Source: Malacoraja senta
Lineage: Eukaryota
NCBI GenBank assembly: GCA_038087875.1
Contig: CM075988.1
Location: 5,332,001 to 5,396,000 of the forward strand
Reading direction: 5' to 3'
Length of the DNA: 64,000 bases
How positions within the stretch are numbered: position 1 is the first letter of the stretch; each line of letters starts with the position of its first letter. Made by a program: the position numbers and the translations under genes. The notes below the pieces were generated by a model. That model did not search any database, had not been told where the DNA came from, and was given only the letters and a program-made list of their open reading frames with translations. Shown piece by piece: positions 36,516-49,245 of this stretch.

Positions 36516-37577
36516 TCCTATTACATTTTATCTCTGTTTGCTTTGTTGTTACATTCTCCCAACTAACAATGATCTATTCTGATTTTCCTTGATCTCCATT
36601 CCCTATGCTCTGATTTCACACCTTACACTTCCTTACCTAAACACTTCCTTATCCATGTACCACCGCCCACTCCCCTGACATCAGTCTGAAGTAGAGTCTC
36701 GACTCGAAACGTCACCCATTCCTTCTCTCCAGAGATGCTGCCTGTCCCGCTGAGTTACTCCCGCATTTTGTGTCTATCTTCGATTTAAACTGGCATCTGC
36801 AGTTCCTTCCTACCCATTATCCTACAAAACCTCTTTTGAAGACATTTGCCTTCATGACTATGTTGAACAGCTAGGAAGCTCCAACAGGTGTTTCTGAAAC
36901 TCCATTCACAGTCATTGCTGAAGCTCACGGGAGCTGGTGTGTTGAATTCTCTCTGGGACCGAGTTCCTCTCGCTGGAATTATCTTCCTCTTTCTGCTGAC
37001 AGATGTGCCTGATCTTCTCTGCACCAGGTGTGCCTGATTCTTTCTGGGAGCAGATGTTCCTGATTCCTTTTGGGAGAGGAACAGGTGTGTGAGCTTTTCT
37101 CTTGGAACGTGCATTCCGTTTCCATCTGGGAGCTACCACATCTGATCCTCCTTGGAGATCAGATGAGCTCGAAGATAGACACACAATGCTGGAATAACTC
37201 AGCGGGACAGGCAGCATCTCTGGATAGAAGGAATGGGTAATGTTTCGGGTCGAGACCCTTCTTCAGAGTCCCTGGATAAAAGGAATGGGTGATGTTTCGG
37301 GACTCTTCCTGTCTAAAGAGGGGTCCGGACCCGAAATGTCACCCATTTCTTCTCTCCAGAGATGTTGCCTGTTTGGTTTAAACCAGCATCTGCAGTTCCT
37401 TCCTTCAAATCTCCTCTTGGTTATTGACCCACAGATCTTGAAATGCTGTTTATTAATGCAGACAGTGATCGGACCAGACAATTTCAATGAAACACTACTT
37501 GACTTGCAGTAGAGATGTGAGGTGAGTCTTTCCGATCACTCATGCCATGGCGGGAGGTTGATCATCCATGTTCTCAG

Positions 37578-37950
37578 GGTGGCATGGTGGCGCTGCGGCA
37601 GAGTTGCTATCTTACAGCACCAGAAACCCAGGTTCAATCCTGACTACGGTTGCTGACTGTACAGAGTTTGTACATTCTCCCTGTGACCTGCGTGGGTTTT
37701 CTCTGGGTGCCTGGGTTTTCTCCCCCATTCCAAAGATGTACAGGTTTGTAGGCTAATTGGCTTGGTAAAATAGTAAATGATCCCTAGTGTGGGGTGGGAG
37801 ACTGCAACCTTCACGTGGTCCGCCCTTTTTCAACGAACGCAATCAACCCGGCGTGCACAATCAAATAAGATCAAATAGAACAAGTTGTCCCACAACTTTA
37901 GGCTGTGCACGCCATACACAAGAAGAAGAAGATCCTTAGTGTGTGTAGCT
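37578..37950 (+). mobile_element. HE1-like V-SINE with a nested 139-bp insertion
   Basis: SINE head and core, interrupted at gatccctagtgtg. Confidence 0.8.
37792..37930 (+). mobile_element. Short retroposon with a 3' hairpin and (AAG)n tail
   Basis: 13-bp TSD gatcc(c/t)tagtgtg at 37779-37791 and 37931-37943; stems ggcgtgcaca/tgtgcacgcc and aagttgt/acaactt. Confidence 0.75.
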
Positions 37951-38519
37951 AAAAGCTATTGAGCCCAAAGAATGAATTAAGTTACATTTTATTGACCATT
38001 TCTTATGGTACTTAAGACTCCAGTAATCCAACATGTGGACTTTGGACTTCTAATTTCTCTTTAGTAATGGCGCCAAAATATGGCAATGGATGCAGGAATT
38101 TCACTGTGTAGTAGATACGTGACAATAAAGACCCATTGAACCATTGAAGTGGTGAGCACTATTGGTACCCACTACAGGCCAGAATCGGAGTCGGTATGTA
38201 CACCAGACCTGCCAGAAGATAATGACACAATAGTGACCCAGTGTCAAGGGGCCGGATGTGATTTGGAAGTGAGCTTTTACATGATGAGATATTGAGGCAG
38301 CTCTTGCATTTGTTCTTCTAGGTAGCAAAGCCACCTTTAAGGAACTCTTGGTGAATTACTCCTTTTAAAGATGGTGCGCACTGTAGACACAGTGTTGCTG
38401 GAGGGACTGGCATTCAAAATGGTTGATGGATAAAGGAAAGCTTTAGTTTGAGGTAGACACAAAATGCTGGAGTAACTCAGTGGGACAGGCAGCATCTCTC
38501 GGGAGAAGGAGACTTCTTT

Positions 38520-38865
38520 AGTTTATATAGCTTTAAATAGCTTTAGTTTAGTTTAATTTAGTTTAGTTTAATTTAATTTAATTTAGTTTAGTTTAGAGAT
38601 ACAACATGTAAACAGGCCCTTTGGCTCACCGAGTCCATGCCGACCAGCATTCACTAAACTAACATTATCCTACACACACTAGGGACAATATTACAATTAT
38701 ACCAAACCAATTAACCTACAAACCTGTACATCTTTGGAGTGTGGGAGGATACTGGAGCTCCTGGAGAAAACCCACGTGGTCACAAATTTCGTACAGACAG
38801 CATGATTGAACCCCAGTCTCTGGTGCAGTAAGGCAGCAACTCTATCGCTACGCCACTCTGCCACC
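38520..38865 (-). mobile_element. HE1-like V-SINE with an expanded (TTTAG)n tail
   Basis: Same consensus as the other copies. Confidence 0.8.
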
Positions 38866-39959
38866 TAGCTTCTTGATAGTTTCCAGGGGTCCACGTACCA
38901 GGCGCATAGAAACCATTGGAAAAATGCTGAGCAGGTGAGGCAACGTTTGTGGAGGGAGAGGGGGAAGATCAGGTGAATGACACTTCATCAGTTCCAATAG
39001 CAATTCTGTCCAAGATTTGATGACCTGAAGCATTAACTCTGCTTCTCTCTCCGCAGGCACCTGATGTGCTGAGTGTTTCGCACCTCTTCCATTTTTATTT
39101 CCAATTTCCTTCCAAGTGGAAAATATTCTTCAGTATTTCTGAAGCTGCTCTCAGGCAAGCTGGTGATATATATTCCGTCTAAGTCCTCAACTGAGCCATG
39201 TAAAGGGTGGAGAAGGCTTTGGGAATCATCAGTTGATTCACCCAGCCCTGAATACCCAAATGAATTGTTTTTATAGCTGCAGTATTTATATGGAATTCCA
39301 ATTAAGTATCTGGTCAAAGGTAACCCATAGAAAATTAATAGTGGGGGATTTGAAGTTAATGGCTTTGAAGTTAATGCCTTTGAATGCTGAGAGAAGCTGA
39401 TTAGATTCTTCTTTATGGTTTGCTGTAGTTAAACATAGGAATGTGGACAGTGGGAGCAGGAATTGGCCGTTATACAGCCTCAGCATTACTTCCCTGCTTT
39501 TGTATTCTAGTCCTCCTGAAATAAATGCTCGCATTGCATTTGCCTTCTGTCTTACCGATTCGACTTTAGACTAAACTAAGAATTCAAACAACGTTAGAAA
39601 CTGACCATGAATAGTTCCAACAATTTAAGAGCCACTATCTTATTTACTCTGGGACACAGGGTTTCAAGCCTTGGTGATTTTTCTAAATCTTTGAAATTCC
39701 CTCGCAACATTTCCTAATGAATGATAATTTCAGACTTCCTCCCTCTCACCAGATGCTGCTTTCCCCAACGTTTCGGGGAAGTAATTGTGAGCTCAGTATT
39801 CGAAGACAGACCCATTTTCTTGGCCTATCTCTTCCATTGCCCATTATAAATGACCCTGTATCTGACTGTAAAGGATCAATATTGGTCTTTGAGATGTTTT
39901 GTTTCCATTCACATGTCTATGAAAGGTTTTGCAGTCACTTTTTTTAAGCTCAATTCAAG

Positions 39960-40475
39960 CCTTGTGATTGAGGCAGTGCAGCGTAGGTTCACGGGATTGA
40001 TCCCTGGTATGGCGGGACTGTCATATGAGGAAAGATTGAAAAGACTAGGCTTGTATTCACTGGAGTTTAGAAGGATGAGGGGGGATCTTATAGAAACATA
40101 TAAAATTATAAAAGGACTGGACAAGCTAGATGCAGCAAAAATGTTCCCAATGTTGGGCGAGTCCAGAACCAGGGGCCACAGTCTTAGAATAAAGGGGAGG
40201 TCATTTAAGACTGAGGTGAGAAAAAACTTTTTCACCCAGAGAGTTGTGAATTTATGGAATTCCCTGCCACAGAGGGCAGTGGAGGCCAAATCACTGGATG
40301 GATTTAAGAGAGAGTTAGGTAGAGCTCTAGGGGCTAGTGGAGTCGAGGGATATGGGGAGAAGGCAGGCACGGGTTATTGATAGGGGACGATCAGCCATGA
40401 TCACAATGAATGGCGGTGTTGGCTCGAAGGGCCGAATGGCCTCCTCTTGCACCTATTTTCTATGTTTCTATGTTT
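39960..40475 (+). mobile_element. CR1 3' fragment (well preserved)
   Basis: IEAVQRRFTGLIPGMAGLSYEERLKRLGLYSLEFRRMRGDLIETYK..NFFTQRVVNLWNSLP; (TTTCTATG)n tail. Confidence 0.92.
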
Positions 40476-41837
40476 CTCTCAAACTCTCTTTTCCATTACC
40501 TACTCTATCTCTTTGTCCATTTTTGCTGAAGCCTAAACTGCTCCCAACTCTCGGATCAATTTTTTCCGATTTAAAAAAAAAATATTTCCTCTCCTTGGAT
40601 CTAATACAATCCCAAATTCCTTTTGAAGTCCATGGCTGAGCCAGCTTTCCTGTTTTGCTTTTACATCATGGTGGCACAGCAGCACAGCTGGTAGAGCTGC
40701 TGCCTCACAGTACCTGGGACCTCGGGTGCTGTTCATGTGGAGTTTGCACATTCTCTCAGTGGCTGCATGTGTTTCCTTCTGGTGCTCCTGTTTAGACCAT
40801 AGGGGCAGAATTAGGCTATTCTGCCCATCGACTCTGTTCCACCATTCGATCATGGCTTTCCCTCTCAACCCCATTCTCCTTCCTTCTCCCCGTAACCTTT
40901 GACACCCTTACTAACCAAGAGCCGATCAATCTCTGTTTTATAAAACTCCCAGTGACTTGGCCCCCACCACTGTGCTGTCCAGTGGGAAAGGCACAAGCCC
41001 TTTGGTGTGCCCTCTGTAACTAAGTTTTTTAGAGATACAACATGGAAACAGGCTTTCCATAAATAAACACAAAGTGCCGGAGTAACTCAGCAGGTCAGGC
41101 AGCATCTCTGGAGAAAAAGGATGGGTGACGTTTCGGGTCGGGACCCTTCTTTAGGCCTGTTTCCATGCTATGTCTTTCGACTAATGTACACTAAACCAAA
41201 CTAAAGGAGTACACATGTCCAGTGCACACAGGGTGTCCTGTGGGTGCTGCTACTGCTGTTACTCAATATCAATTGAAATCTCGGTTTAACATTTGGAATT
41301 TACTTCAGAAGATTTAAGTTAGAATGAAAACTGTCACCAGCTGTAGGAGCCTTGATGTTGACATTATTTTGCAGATCTCCCCCATGGCCATTTGCATTAA
41401 TTTACAGTCTGCATGTTGTCAGGACAACACTGCAATGGTAATGTTTTCTTTAGCGTTCCCAGATGCATGGACTTCTGAAATTCCAGCACGTCTTTTCAAT
41501 GTTATTTTTCCCAATGGTTCAAAATCCTCTCGTCTTTCATATTTCCAACCTGCGAAAAAGCTTCTGAATGTCCATCCCATCTACGCTTCTCATCATTTTA
41601 TACACTTGTATCAGGTCTCCCCTCAGCCTCTGGCGTATCAGAGAGACAGTGTAAGTTTTGCTAACCTTTCCCTGGAGCTAAACTCCCCTAAGTTAGGCAT
41701 CATCCTGGCAAACTTCCTCTGCACCCTATCCAAAGCATGTACCTTTCCTGTAATGAGGCGACCAGAACGTCATACATTATTTGAAAGCAGCCTAACTAAA
41801 GGCCTTCAAAGCTGAAAAAGACCCACAACGTTGCAGG

Positions 41838-42265
41838 ACGGCACAGTGGCACAGCAGTGGAGTTGATGCCTTACACAACAGTGACCGGGTTCGATCCTGA
41901 CCATGGGTGCTGTCAGTACGGAGTTTGTACCATTCTCCCCGTGACCACGTGGGTTTTCTACGGGTTCTCCGATTTCCTCCCACACTCCAAAGACGTAGGT
42001 TAATTGGCTTTGGTAACATTATAAATTGTCCCTAGTGTGTAGGATGGTGCCAGTGTTTAAGAAGGAACTGCAGATGCTGGAAAATCGAAGGTAGACAAAA
42101 ATGCTGGAGAAACTCAGCGGGCGAGGCAGCATCCATGGAGCGAAGGAAATAGGCAACGTTTCGGGTCGAAACCCTTCTTCAGACAGTGCTAGTGTTTGGG
42201 GTGATCGCTGCTCGACATGGACTCAGTGGGTTGAAGGGCCTGTTTCCGTGCTGAATCTCTGAAGT
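41838..42265 (+). mobile_element. HE1-like V-SINE with a nested PLE-end insertion (~42055-42184)
   Basis: SINE consensus split by a PLE end; gtgc(c/t)agtgttt on both sides. Confidence 0.8.
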
Positions 42266-44327
42266 CTAAAGTGTAGTCCAATTGTAAATTTTCCCTAGTG
42301 GGTAGGATGTAGGGTACAGGGTGATCGCTGGTTAGTGCAGACGCGGTAGGCCAAAGGGCCTGTTTCCGTGCTGTATCTTTAAAGTATTTGAAGTATCTCT
42401 GAAGGCTGAATCCAGAGAGCTGATCTTTCAGGATCCTTTTATTAGACTGACTGTAGGGGAGGTGGAGGGGGGGGGAGTTAGAAGCCCAAAACCTCCATGC
42501 CAACCAAGGTACCCCATTTCTACGCTAGTCCCATTTGCCTGCACTATCCTATATTCCTCCATTCTTCTGTCTGAGGAAGGGGTCTTGACCCGAAATGTCA
42601 CCTATTCCTTTTCTCCAGGGATGCTGACTGACCCGCTGAGTTACTCCAGCTTTTTGTGTCTATCTTCCTCCATTCTCCTGTCCACGAACCTGTCCAAGTG
42701 TCTTTTAAATGTTGTTACAGTTCCTGCCTCAACCTTCCCTCTGGCAGCTCATTCCACATACTCACCACCCTCAGGGAGAAAAGGTTAGCCCTCAAGTTCC
42801 TATTAACTCTTTCCCCTCTCACCTTATAATGGTCAGATACGTTTTTTAACTGTTCCAAAGGAAAGCTGGAGAGTATCCCCACTATCACCACAGCATGTCG
42901 GACAGATACGGGTATTGTCGAGTCCTACATGACTCATTGTGCTCCTGTTGAATAGATAGTCTGCCTTCATTGCCTAGCTTGAGATGTTGCTGAGCTGAAC
43001 TCGTTTCACTGAACACTTACGTTTGGTCCGCCAGGGCCTGCTTGATCTCCCGGTTGCTAACCATTTTAATTTTCCTACATATTCCCACGCTGACCATTCC
43101 TTTCCTGGGCCTCCTCCATTGCCAGTCTGAGAGAAATGCAAATTAAAGGAACAGCGCCTCAAATTCCACTTGGCTAACTATAACCGAACAGCATGAACAT
43201 TGAATTCTCTAATTTTTCAAGGCAGTAGCTCCACCGCTATGCACCCTACCGCCCTATACCTAAAGCAGACCTAAAGCAAAACTATCTCTGGATACACAAA
43301 TTCCTGGTTCTTTTCCCCACAAGTACATGACAAATGGGATTATGTGTCACAGGGTATCGACTGTTTTTTCATGACATCCATTAAACACAGCGGTCTTTTG
43401 AGGATGACAATCTCATTTACAATCTATTGTGGAGGATAAATTATTGACTATTACCTTTTGATTACAATAGAGTTATTTTCTCATATGATAATTACCCAGG
43501 GTCCAACGATTACAGCAAGAGTAGTACAAACCCAGCTGAAATAAATTCTAAAATAAAGCGATAAAAATTGTCAAATATTTGTTGTTTTGTTCGGGGGGTT
43601 TTAGTTAGAGATTAGTTTGTTTAGTTTAGAGATACAGCATATGATACGATGCGATTAGTTTAGAGATACAGCATACGATACGATACGATATGATACGATA
43701 GAACTTTATTTAACCCAGGAGGGAAATTGGTTAATTGGAAACATTCGGCCCACCGAGTCCATGCCGACCATTGATCATCCATCCACACTAATTCTAGCTC
43801 ATCGCATTTTATCATCCACCCCCTAGACATTGAGGGCAATTTACAGTGGGCCAATTAACCTACAAACCTACACGTCTTTGGGATGTGGGAGGAAACCAGA
43901 GCACCCGGGTCTCTGGCGCTGTGAGGCAGCATCTCTACCAGCTGCGCCACTGTGCCGCATTCATTTGATGATACATTTGGTATTGTGGATTCCTCAATGC
44001 TGTCCTTCATCGACCACCGTGGGCTAAAGCGGAGACTAATCGAGACAGAAGCCATTGCTCTGGCCTCATGCAATTTTATGCAGCTGCAAAGCCCGAACCC
44101 ATCGAACGTTAAGTGAAACAGTTTGCTCTTTCTCCTTCTCTGCATGGTTCTGGTCATTTCTGCTGCAAATAACATGCATCTAGGCAACAGCAGCATAAAG
44201 AGAAACCCTTTCAGATTAGATGCCTCCCACGGTGAAATAGATATCTTTTTTGTACATTTGTAAACCCCAGTGACCACTTTATTGTCAAGAATAATTATAG
44301 CATTCTTTAATTCGCAATATCTTTATG

Positions 44328-44640
44328 GCAGCACGGTGGCGCAGCGGCAGTTGCTGCCTCACAGCGCCAGAGACCCGGGTTCGATCCTGACTGCCCATGC
44401 TATCTGTACAGAGTTGAAACAGTCTCCCCATGACCGTGTGGGTTTTCTCCAGTTGCTCTGGTTTCCTCCCACACTCCAAAGACGTACAGGCTTGTAATTC
44501 AATTGCCTCTGGTAAAGATTGTAAATTTTCCCTAGAGTGTGTAGGATATTGTTAGTGTACAGGGATCGCTGGTTGGTGAGGACACGGTGGGCCGAAGGGC
44601 CTGTTTCTGCGCTGTATCTCTAAACTAAACTAAACAAACT
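44328..44640 (+). mobile_element. HE1-like V-SINE, full length
   Basis: ggcacggtggcgcagcgg-type head, gggttcgatcc B-box, core and (CTAAA)n tail. Confidence 0.9.
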
Positions 44641-45439
44641 ACTTGCCACGTGCCTTATAAAGGTCTGGAAACGTTCTGCTTCAAAAGTCTGTAATGATCT
44701 GATCACTTGTTATGAGCTCTCCTTATTCTGTGGCATCTCCACAGGTTAATTGATAAATATCAATGACGAACGAGACTCTGAAAACAAGATCCTACCAGTT
44801 TGGAAATAGCAAGATGGGGCGGCACTGTGAAGCTGATAGACCCAGAGCAAGAGACCTGGGTTTGATCGTGACCTCGGGTGCTGTCTGTGTGGAGTTTGCA
44901 TGTACCCCATGTGACCGTTTGGGTTTCCACCAGGTGTTCCAGGGAACAGGTAGAAACAAGGAACTACAAAAGAAGACACCAGACCCAGAAAGGTCAAGAA
45001 GGAGGGTCTCAACATGAACCGTCAACTATCTGTGTTCTCCAGAGATGCTGCCAGACCTGCTGATTTGCTCCAGCACTTTGTGTCTTCTTTCCTGATGGGA
45101 GATGGGAGGAGAAGAGACTGACGGAAGACTTAATGGTGGTGTATAACATTGTAAGGAGCATATATTTCCTTTAATGAGGGATGGAAGTAGAAGAGGAATT
45201 TTAAAAAACAATGGATATGGATTATAATTGGTTGATCTAAGGATTTGAAGGGAAAGGAGGAGTTGTTTCCAGATTGAGTGTTTAGAACTCATGACATGAA
45301 AGATGGTGGAAACAGTTTGATCTCCTAAAGACACTGGAAATGTGGTTGAAGAGCCATACCCTGGAGGACTACACTGAGTGGATTCATTTGGGCTGCATTT
45401 CTCCAACAATCACAGGCCTGACGGGCCAAATGGCCTCCC

Positions 45440-46510
45440 CTTCCACTATAAACCTACTGACTCCCATGGCTATCTGGACTACACTTCTTCCCACCCTACT
45501 TCCTGTAAGGACTCCATCCCCTACTCCCAATTCCTCCGTCTACGCCGCATCTGCATCCAGGATGAGGCGTTCCACACCAGGGCATCCGAAATGTCCTAAT
45601 TCTTCAGGGAACGGGGGTTCCCCTCCTCCACCATAGATGAGGCTCGCACCAGGGTCTCTGCCATACCCCGCAACACTGCTCTCTCTCCCCATCCCCCCAC
45701 TCTCAACAAGGGCAGAGTCCCCCTAGTCCTCACCTTTCACCCCACCAGCCGTCACATACAACAAGTGATCGTCCATCAGTTTCGCCTCCTCCAACGTGAC
45801 CCCACCACTCGCCACATCTTCCCATCTCCCCCCATGTCTGCCTTCCGCAAAGACCGCTCCCTCCGTAACTCCCTTGTCAATTCTTCCCTTCCCTCCCGTA
45901 CCACCCCCTCCCCGGGCACTTTCCCTTGCAACCGCAAGAGATGCAACACTTGTCCCTTCACCTCCCCCCTCGACTCCATTCAAGGACCCAAGCAGTCGTT
46001 CCAGGTGCGACAGAGGTTCACCTGCATCTCCTCCAACCTCATCTATTGCATCCGCTGCTCTAGATGTCAGCTGATCTACATCGGTGAGACCAAGCGGAGG
46101 CTTGGCGATCGTTTCGCCGAACACCTCCGTTCGGTCCGCAATAACCAACCTGACCTCCCGGTGGCTCAGCACTTCAACTCCCCCTCCCATTCCATATCCG
46201 ACCTCTCTGTCCTGTGTCTCCTCCATGGCCAGAGTGAGCAACACCGGAAATTGGAAGAAATGCACCTCATATTCCACTTGGGTAGTCTGCATCCTGGGGG
46301 CATGAACATTGAATTCTCCCAATTTTGCTAGCCCTTGCTGTCTCCTCCCATCGCTCAGCCCTCGGGCTCCTCCTCCGCCTTTTTTCTTTTCCTTTCTTCT
46401 CCCCACCCCCCATCAGTCTGAAGAAGGGTTTCGGCCCGAAACGTTGCCTATTTCCTTCGCTCCATAGATGCTGCTGCACCCGCTGAGTTTCTCCAGCATT
46501 TTTGTGTACC
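45440..46510 (+). mobile_element. Penelope-like element (Neptune-like), 5'-truncated: RT thumb, Cys linker, GIY-YIG endonuclease and terminal repeat
   Basis: YKPTDSHGYLDYTSSHP..SIPYSQFLRLRRIC; CNRKRCNTC; FTCISSNLIYCIRC..YIGETKRRLGDRFAEH..VAQHF; one in-frame stop at 45597-45599. Confidence 0.92.
46418..46445 (+). ncRNA. Minimal type I hammerhead-ribozyme-like motif in the PLE terminal repeat
   Basis: CTGAAGA-A-GGGT-ttcg-GCCC-GAAA-CGTT. Confidence 0.65.
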
Positions 46511-46619
46511 TTCCCTTTGTGCTTGTGCTGGCTGGAGTGCTGGTAGTAGCTGCACTGGTTGCGTACTTTAGTCTTTTGACCTCAGAGAAATACAGTGTGG
46601 AAACTGGCCCTTCAACCCT

Positions 46620-47070
46620 CCATAGAAACATAGAAACATAGAAAATAGGTGCAGGAGGAGGCCATTTGGCCCTTCGAGCCAGCACCGCCATTCATTGTGA
46701 GCATGGCTGATCGTCCCCTATCAATAAACCGTGCCTGCCTTCTCCCCATATCCCTTGACTCCACTAGCCCCTAGAGCTCTATCTAACTCTCTCTTAAATC
46801 CATCCAGTGACTTGGCTTCCACTGCCCTCTGTGGCAGGGAATTCCATAAATTCACAACTCGCAGCGTACAAACTCCAAAAAGTGTTTTCTCACCTCATTC
46901 TTAAATGACCTCCCCTTTATTCTAAGACTGTGGCCCCTGGTTCTGGACTCGCCCAACATTGGGAACATTTTTCCTGCATCTAGCTTGTCCAGTCCTTTTA
47001 TAATTTTATATGTTTCTATAAAATCCCTCCTCATCCTTCTAAACTCCAGTGAATACAAGCCTAGTCTTTT
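46620..47070 (-). mobile_element. CR1 3' fragment
   Basis: KRLGLYSLEFRRMRRDFIETYKIIKGLDKLDAGKMFPML. Confidence 0.9.
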
Positions 47071-48944
47071 CCAAGTCTGCGTCATCCAGCGATCACCCCA
47101 TACACTGCACACCAGGGAAAATTTCCAATTTTACCAAAGCCAGCTAACCTACAAACCTGCACGCCCAGTGAAAAACCACGCTGTCACTGGGAGAACGTAC
47201 AAACTCCATACAAACTCCATACAGACAGCACCCATGGACTGCATCTAACCCAGATCTTTGGCGCTGTAAGGCAGCAACTCTACCGCTACGCCACTGTGCC
47301 ACTCACCGTTACACCATTGTGCCACCCTATGTAGGTGAGATTAAGGGGCAGGATGGAGCATGTGCTGGTACAACTCGTATCATTTAAAATCAAAGCAAAA
47401 TTTGATGGAAACATTCAGTAGGTCAAGCAGCATCTGTGGAGAGAGAAACAGAGGTAAAGTGTCAAGTCATTGATGCTTCATTAAAACTGGGGGCAAAACT
47501 GCACTAACTTGGCTCTATCTCCAATAAAACCCATCGGGCAGTGAACAGCTCAAGTCTAGTTTTGGACCAAAATAGAGACCAGGATCTGTGATCAGCAAGT
47601 GAATATACACACACTGTTTGAAATGGCCGATGCTTCAGTAGAGACTTTCAGTGAAAGTCTTAGAAAATTGATCCCTCCCGTCATATTCCCTTTCGACAAG
47701 AACGGGAGACTTTTCAACCCTGTGATTCTTGACCAGCTCTCAGTGCTATCTCTACATTTATTTTCTTGTAGAGTTTTCAAGCTCATAGAGAGTCATAGAG
47801 TTGTACAATGTGGAAACAGGCCCTTCGGCCCATCTTGCCCAGGTGAACCAACATGCTCCATCTACACTAGTCCCATCTGTCTGCATTGGTCAATGTCCCT
47901 CTAAACCTATCCTATCCATGTGTACACCTGCTCTTAAGTAAGACCATTTGTGAACAATCATTGAGTGAAATGGAAGTGAGGGCAGGGAACAATAAACAAG
48001 AGTCTCAAAGGGAAACACAAAGTGCATTAGTAACTCAACGGGTCAGGCAGCATCTGTGGAGGAAATGGACATGTACTGTTTTGGGTCGAGACCCTGCTTC
48101 AGACTCAAGAGTTCCTGTCAAACATCCATGTCAGTAACAACACCAAGATCGTATGGTACAAAGGAAGCATCTAGGCCAGCAGTACACTGCTGATTATCAC
48201 TACCCTATCAAAGTAAAGGGATGTTGGTGCTTGCCAGCTCAGATGTCTAATGTTAGCATCATGCTGCACACCAGGGGGTATTTTCACTCAGAGGGTGGTG
48301 GTCATATGGAACGAGTTGGAAGAGGAGGTAAATGAAGCAGGTACTATAACAACATTATGACATTTGGACAGGTATATGGATAGAAAGTGGGTGGTGAATA
48401 TGTCGCATTCATTGCCACAGACAGCTGTAGACACCAATTCTTTGGGTATTTTTAAGGTGTAGATAGATTATTGATTACTACAGGTGTCAGGGGTTGCGGG
48501 AGATGGCAAGAGAATGGGATAGAGAGGGATAGATAGATCAGTTATGATTGAATGGTGGAGTAGCTTTGAATGGTCTAATTCTGTCTCCTAGAACTTATGA
48601 ACTTATGGAAAGGTAGGCAGGGAAATGGGCCAAACACGGGCAAATGGGACGAGCTTCGAAGGGCATCATGTTCAGCATGTGTGAGTTGGTTCAAAGTGTT
48701 GTAGGACTCTCTAACGTTATGTTAAATGGTCTCTTGACCCTTGCATAGCTATGCCCTCACCTCCAGACTCAGAACATTACAGCTATTTCACTTATTTAGT
48801 GCATTCCCTTTTGCTCATCTTGTCAGGATGGCGCCACTCCCCAATGAGATGGCTAATTTCATTACTAATTGCCGCTGAACTCGGAGCAAGATCCGAGATC
48901 ACTTTGTACTGCGAGTTCAGTTTACACTGCGAGCCCAAATCCCT

Positions 48945-49245
48945 GCGATACAGCCTGGAAACAGGCACTTCGGCCCGCCGGGTCCACGCCGACCAGCGAT
49001 CCCCACACATTAACACTATCCTACACCCACTAGGGACAATTTTTTACATTTACCAAGCCAATTAACCTGCAAACCTGTACGTCTTTGGAGTGTGGGAGGA
49101 AACTGAAGATCTCGGAGAAAACCCACGCAGGTCACGGGGAGAACGTACAAACTCCGTACAGACAGCACCCGTAGTCAGGATCGAACCCGGGCCCCCGACG
49201 CTGCGTTCGCTGTAAGGCAGCAACTCTACCGCTGCGCCACCGTGA
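48945..49245 (-). mobile_element. HE1-like V-SINE
   Basis: Full consensus, with a 9-nt insert in the head. Confidence 0.88.

Noticed and set aside
36785..37217. Minus-strand ORFs of ~100 aa in unique sequence
   Set aside because: No recognisable domain; ends run into PLE repeats
39033..39317. 94-aa ORF resembling an exon
   Set aside because: Another frame reads STLYMAQLRT*TEYISPACL, resembling an ancient LINE ORF2 remnant
43855..44277. 140-aa minus-strand ORF or possible exon
   Set aside because: Runs into a SINE; no recognisable protein motif
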